Source of the DNA: a bacterium
Lineage (GTDB): Bacteria > Patescibacteriota > Saccharimonadia > Saccharimonadales > SZUA-47
Direction: 5' to 3'
Assembly (NCBI GenBank): GCA_030428125.1
Contig: JAUIBF010000001.1
Location: forward strand, 490,383-554,382
DNA: 64,000 nt
Of the stretch, positions 57,982-64,000 are shown piece by piece. Made by a program: the position numbers and the translations under genes. The notes beneath the pieces are model-generated. The model saw only the letters and a program-made list of their open reading frames with translations. It had not been told where the DNA came from and did not search any database. The first letter of the stretch is position 1, and every line of letters begins with the position of its first letter.

Positions 57982-58505
57982 AGTTCAGACAAAATTAGTG
58001 CTGTTACGTACCGATTGTCACCTATGTCTATTGTCGAATAACCCACAAAACTAAGCCGCTCATCAAGTAAGCACTCTTTATGATCCGGGCTGCCCATCCA
58101 TGAGCTGATGGTTGTCGCTATATCATCTGTTTCTAATAGATTGAGGTTTTCGCAACTATAACCCTTTGAACCCTGAAAGTAGGCATTGTAGGTTAATCCG
58201 TCCGGATTTGTGTGAGCATAATACTGACGAGTTTTCATGTCCTCGCTACGAGTTACGGCAATTTCCGTCAGCTCATTGTCCATAGTAATTCTGCTCTGGT
58301 TATTTTCAAGCCTGACTTGATTAATAATATTAATCATTTCGTCAGTTTCTTCTATGCTTAGGCCTGCTACCTGGGCAGGGAAGTCCGTTTCATTAAAGTT
58401 TTTGTTATAGGCAAAGCCAACAAACACTAAAAACAGCACGACACCAACAAGAATCATCCCTTTTCTCATGATAGTTATTTTACAACTTTTATTATGTTTC
58501 GTCAA
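57978..58505 (-). CDS. CAP/SCP/PR1-like domain protein, membrane anchored
   Basis: YYAHTNPDG, GYSCENL, WMGSPDHKECLL motifs of the CAP family; N-terminal TM. Confidence 0.7.
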   Translation of the reverse strand: MTKHNKSCKITIMRKGMILVGVVLFLVFVGFAYNKNFNETDFPAQVAGLSIEETDEMINIINQVRLENNQSRITMDNELTEIAVTRSEDMKTRQYYAHTNPDGLTYNAYFQGSKGYSCENLNLLETDDIATTISSWMGSPDHKECLLDERLSFVGYSTIDIGDNRYVTALILSEL

Positions 58506-59356
58506 TCAAACCAAGTTTGAATTCTCAACAGTTTTACTGCAATGAAGTCTACAGGGAAAAATATTAGGCTACAAAGAGCACCGTAAAGTGCAGGCAGGAG
58601 CGCTAATAGAAGCGCTAAAGCCCTTAAACGCCATGCTATCCGAACTTTAGCAGGAGCGGGTAAGTTATTTGCTCGCCTGTGAAAAGATTTGGTTGAACCT
58701 CTGAGTCGCGTGTAGTGCCATAATTTCGGCAGATATCTAAACGACTGGTTAGCACTAGTAATTAATACGTCGTTTGCTTGAATAATCTTTAATTCAGCTC
58801 CTGCCATCCAAAGAGCAATATCTTGATCCTCATGCACTACATTGTCATCAACACAGACTTTATCCTTTACAGTCTCCCAGGCAGTTTTTCGTACTGCCAT
58901 AGTAGCTCCCCAGGTGGTAATTGTGCCGAACGTAGCGTGTACAAACCAATAATAGGTACGTGTTATCAGGGTGGACATGGGGTGGGTCAAAATTGGCAAT
59001 ATGGGTGTTTTTGCGAGCCCAGTGAGTCCAGATAGTTTATCGTCGTTTTCAAAATGCGACTTAACAGTTTCTACCCAATTTGTTTTGAGCTCCGAATCTG
59101 AATCAATTCTAGCCAGAATGTCGCCTTTGGCAAAATTAAAGCCCTTGTTACGTGCATATCCTCGCCCTTGATTTAGCTCTTGTACAACAGTTACGAACTC
59201 ATAGTGGTTGGCAATGTCTATGCTTCTGTCACTGGAATTATTATCCACAACTATCACTTCATCGGGCATAACAGTCTGTGCAGCAACTGAATCTAAACAC
59301 TTCCTGATGTGGCGTTCCTCGTTATAAACAGGTATAATCAAACTAAGCTTAAGCAT
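58502..59356 (-). CDS. family 2 glycosyltransferase
   Basis: LSLIIPVYNEERHI, VIVVDNNSSD, RIDSD (DxD-like) motifs; C-terminal TM helices. Confidence 0.85.
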   Translation of the reverse strand: MLKLSLIIPVYNEERHIRKCLDSVAAQTVMPDEVIVVDNNSSDRSIDIANHYEFVTVVQELNQGRGYARNKGFNFAKGDILARIDSDSELKTNWVETVKSHFENDDKLSGLTGLAKTPILPILTHPMSTLITRTYYWFVHATFGTITTWGATMAVRKTAWETVKDKVCVDDNVVHEDQDIALWMAGAELKIIQANDVLITSANQSFRYLPKLWHYTRLRGSTKSFHRRANNLPAPAKVRIAWRLRALALLLALLPALYGALCSLIFFPVDFIAVKLLRIQTWFD

Positions 59357-59376
59357 AATATTTATAAATTACTATC

Positions 59377-60516
59377 TTGAAGAATAGCAAATCAACCAAA
59401 AAAAGCGCTAATAAAAAGCAGTCTAACCCTAGTAAATTTTCTTGGGGATGGGCAAAACACTTTGTATCACATGTGTTGTGGTCTAATCGAACCTGGATTG
59501 GTAAAGCTGGCGTAATACTGGCCTCGATTCTTGTATTACTAACAACTTCTGCTTTCGGCGTGGGACAGTGGTATCGCAATAAGCATGCTGATGAGCCACT
59601 TATTCTAGGCGCTACTTTTATCCCCAATTACGCTGAGTTCTTTGAGCTAGACGCTAAAGAAACGCTTGAAGCAATGATTAATGACTTGGGATTTAAGAGA
59701 TTTAGACTGGTCACTTATTGGAAAGATTACGAACCAGTCGAGGACGAATACGACTTCACTAATCTAGACTGGCAAGTTGACATGGTAGAAGAAGCCGGTG
59801 GAGAGATTGCCCTTACTTTAGGTTTACGTCAGCCACGATGGCCAGAATGCCACGGACCAGAATGGGCAATGGAAAAGCCAATCGAGCAATGGTCTGCAGA
59901 CTTGAATGAATATATGGGAGTGGTAATTGATAGATACAAGGACAGGGATGTTATCATCGAATACCAACTAGAAAACGAATATTTCTTAAGTGTATTCGGA
60001 GAGTGTCCAGACTTTTCTAGGGAACGACTAGTCAATGAGTTTAACTATGTCAAAGAAAAAGACCCGACTAGACCAATAGTGGTTAGTCGTAGCAATAACG
60101 CAACTCCTAGCTGGCCAATTGGCGAGCCTAGAGCAGATGTGGTTGGAGCATCAATCTACAAGAGAGTTTGGGACAGAACCGTGACCAAAAGGTATTTTGA
60201 GTATCCATATCCAGCCTGGTTCTATGCTTTCCTAGCCGGTGCTACAGAGTTAACAACTGACAGAAATACCGTCATACATGAGCTACAAACTGAGGCGTGG
60301 TTACCGGACGGAATAAGCATGAAAGATGCTCCGTTAGAAGAAATGTATAACACCTTTGGGCCTGATGATGTTGGACCAAGAATTAAATACGGAGTAGACA
60401 CCGGAATTCGCAATATTGATTTGTGGGGTATGGAGTGGTGGTACCACCTTAAAGTTAATCGCGATGCACCAGAAATCTGGGACAACGCTAAGGAAGCTCT
60501 TAAAGAGTATCGATAA
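59377..60516 (+). CDS. membrane-anchored clan GH-A (TIM-barrel) glycoside hydrolase-like protein
   Basis: WKDYEPVEDEYDFTNLDWQVDMVEEAG and YQLENEYF (acid/base NE) resemble GH5/GH42-type enzymes; TTG start. Confidence 0.5.
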   Translation: MKNSKSTKKSANKKQSNPSKFSWGWAKHFVSHVLWSNRTWIGKAGVILASILVLLTTSAFGVGQWYRNKHADEPLILGATFIPNYAEFFELDAKETLEAMINDLGFKRFRLVTYWKDYEPVEDEYDFTNLDWQVDMVEEAGGEIALTLGLRQPRWPECHGPEWAMEKPIEQWSADLNEYMGVVIDRYKDRDVIIEYQLENEYFLSVFGECPDFSRERLVNEFNYVKEKDPTRPIVVSRSNNATPSWPIGEPRADVVGASIYKRVWDRTVTKRYFEYPYPAWFYAFLAGATELTTDRNTVIHELQTEAWLPDGISMKDAPLEEMYNTFGPDDVGPRIKYGVDTGIRNIDLWGMEWWYHLKVNRDAPEIWDNAKEALKEYR

Positions 60517-61171
60517 AAGGTCTGGTTTCTTCTAAAACTTGTCTAGACTGGAAGAGTATTCTGTTGTGCGGACCTGTAAAAATTCCTACCCCCACACCCG
60601 TTTGTCGTAATTCTTCCAAAACACTATCGTCAGGAGTAAAACCAAAAGAATCAGCATCCGACCACAAAGCTGCTCTTCCGCCAGAGAATGCGTCAGAATT
60701 ACCGAGTGTAGTTCCTAGGAACTTTGCTGTGGAAAACTTTCTAACTCTTCTTGGGATCCATTGTGTAGTTGCTAAGTGCTTCTCAAGTTCTCTTGCAGGA
60801 TGTCGCATAGAAGTAATGCCATCAGGCAGCTCTTCTTCTAGCTCAATCTTTTCACCAGCAACTTTTAACGCACCCAATCCCTGTCGCAGAAGCTTAGTTG
60901 GTTCTACGCCGTTATAAGCTGCTACGCTACTATTTCTATATTTTCTGGGATCACTGTAGAAACTCTCAGCAAGCGCGATTATGCCTGCAGAGTGGGTACC
61001 AAAGCACGTTTCTGCTGCTGCAGCATCACTAAGGGGTGTTCTTCGATATTCAGCTGCTGTCATGGCAGCACCGTCTGTAAATAGCCCAGTTGCGATTGCA
61101 GCTTCAACTGTGGGCTCCATAACTATTAGAGATTCAGAAAATCCACCTATTGCTACAAAATTTCTACTCAT
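60500..61171 (-). CDS. hypothetical protein
   Basis: 223-aa ORF; 17-nt convergent overlap with the GH-like gene; no motif recognised. Confidence 0.4.
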   Translation of the reverse strand: MSRNFVAIGGFSESLIVMEPTVEAAIATGLFTDGAAMTAAEYRRTPLSDAAAAETCFGTHSAGIIALAESFYSDPRKYRNSSVAAYNGVEPTKLLRQGLGALKVAGEKIELEEELPDGITSMRHPARELEKHLATTQWIPRRVRKFSTAKFLGTTLGNSDAFSGGRAALWSDADSFGFTPDDSVLEELRQTGVGVGIFTGPHNRILFQSRQVLEETRPFIDTL

Positions 61172-61234
61172 CTTTACATTATATCATTTTATTTCGTCAT
61201 TGTCAATAACCATAACCTCTGTTAGAATAGTAGA

Positions 61235-61702
61235 ATGGCCAAGAAAAAACCACAAGCCAAAGGTATAATCCGGAATAAACGAGCACGGTTCGACTATGAA
61301 CTGGGCGAAACTTTTGTATTGGGGATTGTTTTAAACGGACGCGAGACCAAAGCATTACGTCTAGGGCATGGTCAGTTGACCGGCTCTTACGTAACTGTTA
61401 AGGACGGAGAACTGTGGTTACTGAATTCAAATATTTCAGGCACAAATGGAATTCCAATTGATGAGACTGAGCAAGTACGAACTCGTAAATTACTAGCAAA
61501 CAAGCGTGAAATAAAAGAAATTATTGCTGCCAAACAGCAGGGGAGTCACATAATCCCAACCGAAATCCAGACAAAGGGTAAATTTATAAAAGTCAAAGTT
61601 GCTCTTGGTAGGAGTAAGAAGCTTCGCGATAAACGCCAAACCATAAAGCAAAGAGAAGACGACATTGAAGCCGGACGGCAGATGCGCAACACCTGGCGCT
61701 AG
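61235..61702 (+). CDS. smpB: SsrA-binding protein
   Basis: IRNKRARFDYEL, LLNSNI, RKLLANKREI are SmpB signatures. Confidence 0.9.
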   Translation: MAKKKPQAKGIIRNKRARFDYELGETFVLGIVLNGRETKALRLGHGQLTGSYVTVKDGELWLLNSNISGTNGIPIDETEQVRTRKLLANKREIKEIIAAKQQGSHIIPTEIQTKGKFIKVKVALGRSKKLRDKRQTIKQREDDIEAGRQMRNTWR

Positions 61703-61707
61703 TTAAG

Positions 61708-62019
61708 CTAGTAGTTTGTCGCAATCGTTAACAAAGTTGTGGGCCCAAAAGATAACGCAACTCCAGCAGACGCAAATACTGAATAGCCCACTTTACGACA
61801 AAGAGTCGTGTCGGATATACCCAGTAGAGCTTTGTTGGTTTCTATTTCAGATTCACCAGGCCTAGTGGAGCCTAACCAAAATCTTGCTGGCACTAGGGCG
61901 GCTTTACCTGTCGCTTCAGCAAACGCGTGAAGGTTTTCGGGAGTAGCTACTCTCTCACAGACCTCATAAGTCACGTGTGCCAAGTATTTATAGGCCATTC
62001 CTATGGATGGATAACTCAT
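61708..62019 (-). CDS. hypothetical protein (103 aa) downstream of pyrH
   Basis: ORF in the position usually occupied by frr, but without any RRF-like sequence. Confidence 0.35.
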   Translation of the reverse strand: MSYPSIGMAYKYLAHVTYEVCERVATPENLHAFAEATGKAALVPARFWLGSTRPGESEIETNKALLGISDTTLCRKVGYSVFASAGVALSFGPTTLLTIATNY

Positions 62020-62040
62020 GAGGAATGATTATATAACAAG

Positions 62041-62745
62041 TTAAGAAATTGTGGTACCGACTGTTTCGCCACTTGCAACTTTGGCGATATTTCCTGATGG
62101 TTCTAGGCAGCAAATGACAATAGACATATCTTGTTCCATAGCAAGCCCCATTGCAGCTTTATCCATGACTTTAATTTGCTCGTTTTCAACTGCTTGTTGA
62201 TGGGTGAGACTGTCGAACTTATTAGCGTCTGGGTTTTGTACTGGATCGCTGTCATAAACTCCATCAACTTTAGTGGTCTTGATTACTACATCACAATCAA
62301 TTTCTAATGCTAGGACTACTGCGGCCGTATCCGTAGTGACGTATGGTCGGCCACTTCCACCACCGACGATTACTACACGACCTCGTTCTAGATGTTTTTC
62401 TGCCAGACGGTGAATGAAAGGCTCGGCAACTTGTTCTGCAAAAATATTGGTCAAACAACGAGTAGGCAAACCTTGTTCTTCGAAAATATCTGTAACTGCT
62501 AGGGCGTTCATCATAGTTCCAAGCATACCCATTTGGTCTGCAGTAACTCTTTTAATGCCATGTCCGGCTATTTGAGCTCCACGGACGTAGTTACCACCCC
62601 CCACCATGATTACTACTTGAGTTCCTGAATCTGTCACTTGCTTAACTTCGTTAGCTAACCATTTTGCAATTTCCGGGTCCAAACCACTCTCATGTTGACC
62701 AGATAGTTGCTCCCCAGAAATCTTTAAAAGAATTCGTTTATACAT
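62041..62745 (-). CDS. pyrH: UMP kinase
   Basis: YKRILLKISGE, MVGGGN, VVIVGGGSGRPYVTTDTAA, VDGVYDSDP. Confidence 0.92.
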   Translation of the reverse strand: MYKRILLKISGEQLSGQHESGLDPEIAKWLANEVKQVTDSGTQVVIMVGGGNYVRGAQIAGHGIKRVTADQMGMLGTMMNALAVTDIFEEQGLPTRCLTNIFAEQVAEPFIHRLAEKHLERGRVVIVGGGSGRPYVTTDTAAVVLALEIDCDVVIKTTKVDGVYDSDPVQNPDANKFDSLTHQQAVENEQIKVMDKAAMGLAMEQDMSIVICCLEPSGNIAKVASGETVGTTIS

Positions 62746-62837
62746 CCCGTTAATACTCCTCCTACATTAAAAAGTCCCGAGTAAAATCTCTTGGTTTGAG
62801 CTTTAACGGGATACATTAAGGATATTTTAACAGAAAT

Positions 62838-63344
62838 TTAGGCAACTCTACTCATTTCTGCTTTTAGAGCAGAAAGCACCGGGTTAGAATCATTATCAAG
62901 TTGTACTAACTTTGCGCAGAATTGCATACCTATTGCCGGGATTATTGAATCACCAGCAACACGACTTACTCTCTGCGAAATCGACTCGCCAGAATTAAAT
63001 AATTTAACTAAACCACCATCTTCGTCAGAAATTATGATTTCATCAAATCCTTCAGGAACTTCTGTCTTTTGAACTGCGCCTCTGTGCGTGTAATAAAATC
63101 CCTGGAAAACATCATCTTTTGATTTGTAGCCTACACGAATTGGAGTTTCTAGATCCATTGGATCCATACCCAGAAGCTCTATACTAGCTTCCCCCGAAAC
63201 CGATCGCACCTCGTCGCTACTTTTATTCATGCCAAGCAGAACGAAACCTCCAATATGTGGGATGTTTTGCTCCCAAGTGTTTACCAACCCTTCAGTAAAG
63301 GCAAATTCTCGAACTGTTGCGAATTCGTTACGGTATAGTCCCAT
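62838..63344 (-). CDS. hypothetical protein (168 aa) upstream of pyrH
   Basis: ORF in the position usually occupied by tsf, but without any EF-Ts-like sequence. Confidence 0.4.
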   Translation of the reverse strand: MGLYRNEFATVREFAFTEGLVNTWEQNIPHIGGFVLLGMNKSSDEVRSVSGEASIELLGMDPMDLETPIRVGYKSKDDVFQGFYYTHRGAVQKTEVPEGFDEIIISDEDGGLVKLFNSGESISQRVSRVAGDSIIPAIGMQFCAKLVQLDNDSNPVLSALKAEMSRVA

Positions 63345-63396
63345 CTTTTTATTATAGCACTAACGCTTACTTTTGTCAATGTGCTAGACTTTAGAT

Positions 63397-63576
63397 ATGG
63401 GAAACACAGCCATCACATTTGGAGCTAGATTGACTTATACCTTCGAGAAACGTAACGAAACGTATTTTATATACGAAGACGTGAGTATCACAGAAGTAAA
63501 AGCGAATATAGCCCAAAAAATCTTTCGGCGCGACCAGCGCAGCAGGCCGGCAGTAAGGGTTGGTGTCTGGTTGTGA
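63397..63576 (+). CDS. candidate small ORF (59 aa) coupled to xth
   Basis: My own translation MGNTAITFGARLTYTFEKRNETYFIYEDVSITEVKANIAQKIFRRDQRSRPAVRVGVWL; the stop overlaps the xth GTG start (GTGA). Confidence 0.25.
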   Translation: MGNTAITFGARLTYTFEKRNETYFIYEDVSITEVKANIAQKIFRRDQRSRPAVRVGVWL

Positions 63577-64000
63577 AGCTGTACTCTTGGAACGTGAATG
63601 GGATTCGTGCAGTCTGGAACAAGGGCGCACTGCAGGAATTTATCGAAAAACACGACCCGGATATTCTGTGTCTGCAAGAAACCAAAGCTCAACAGGACCA
63701 GTCACCAGTGGATTTAGAACAGTACGAGGAATTCTGGAATAGCGCAGAGAAAAAAGGCTATTCCGGTACTGCAATCTTTACTAAGATATCCCCTCTGAAC
63801 GTAATCCGCGGATTTTCTGATGAAATTAGTTCTAAGTATGATTTCAAAGACCAGTTTGGCGACACATCAAAAGAAGGAAGAGTACTAACACTAGAGTTCG
63901 ATGATTTTTTTGTTACTACCGTATACACACCAAACAGCAAGAACAAACTGGAACGACTTACGATGCGCGAGAAAATTTGGGGACCAGCATATCAAGACCA
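63573..64000 (+). CDS. xth: exodeoxyribonuclease III (partial, continues beyond window)
   Basis: VKLYSWNVNGIRAV...DPDILCLQETK...GYSGTAIFTK... read directly from the sequence; GTG start; no stop before the window end. Confidence 0.85.
   Translation, partial: MKLYSWNVNGIRAVWNKGALQEFIEKHDPDILCLQETKAQQDQSPVDLEQYEEFWNSAEKKGYSGTAIFTKISPLNVIRGFSDEISSKYDFKDQFGDTSKEGRVLTLEFDDFFVTTVYTPNSKNKLERLTMREKIWGPAYQD

Noticed and set aside
59349-59627. 92-aa minus-strand ORF overlapping the start of the GH-like gene
   Set aside because: It is antisense to a gene with recognisable GH-A motifs and a membrane anchor, and it would also run into the GT2 gene start.
63391-63692. Three overlapping minus-strand ORFs (65-85 aa) near the xth start
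   Set aside because: They are mutually overlapping and lie antisense to the xth 5' end and its upstream region. They have no motifs or ribosome-binding sites.

Overview
This is a compact bacterial chromosome segment using the standard genetic code. Spacers are mostly under 120 bp. Spot counts put core genes at roughly 45-58% G+C. I call about 80 protein genes and one tRNA (tRNA-Gln UUG). I found no rRNA, CRISPR array, transposase or integrase.

Recognisable core genes:
- An F1Fo ATP synthase locus, followed on the same strand by a CPA2 cation/H+ antiporter and a MIP channel.
- queA, msrA, smpB, pyrH, xth (runs off the 3' end) and a CobO-type adenosyltransferase.
- A UvrD-type helicase fused to a PD-(D/E)XK nuclease.
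- Envelope genes: VanY-like and PBP5-like carboxypeptidases, an MMPL transporter, a GT2 glycosyltransferase, CAP-domain and GH-like proteins, and a 1112-aa Ig-repeat surface protein.
- A DrrAB-like ABC-2 exporter.
- A Fur / WhiB-like / double-rhodanese cluster.

Two clearly AT-richer accessory insertions sit side by side:
- (i) A restriction-modification island with two m5C methyltransferases and two overlapping small nuclease candidates.
- (ii) A 4.2-kb nucleotide-metabolism cassette: an NDK-like gene, a PRTase/uridine-kinase-like fusion, a HisC-like aminotransferase and a NUDIX gene. It is bracketed by a perfect 30-bp inverted repeat.

The headline observation is the ATP synthase operon. The canonical order atpB-E-F-H-A-G-D-C is kept, but every junction from atpF onward carries one or two extra same-strand ORFs, eight in total. 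They are translationally coupled and I cannot assign any of them to a known family.

More generally, about a quarter of the ORFs are short, acidic, soluble-looking proteins with no recognisable motif, interleaved with housekeeping genes. The gene content (WhiB-like, MMPL, many orphan ORFs, reduced metabolism) fits either a Saccharibacteria/CPR-type episymbiont or a reduced relative of Actinobacteria. The window alone cannot decide between these.
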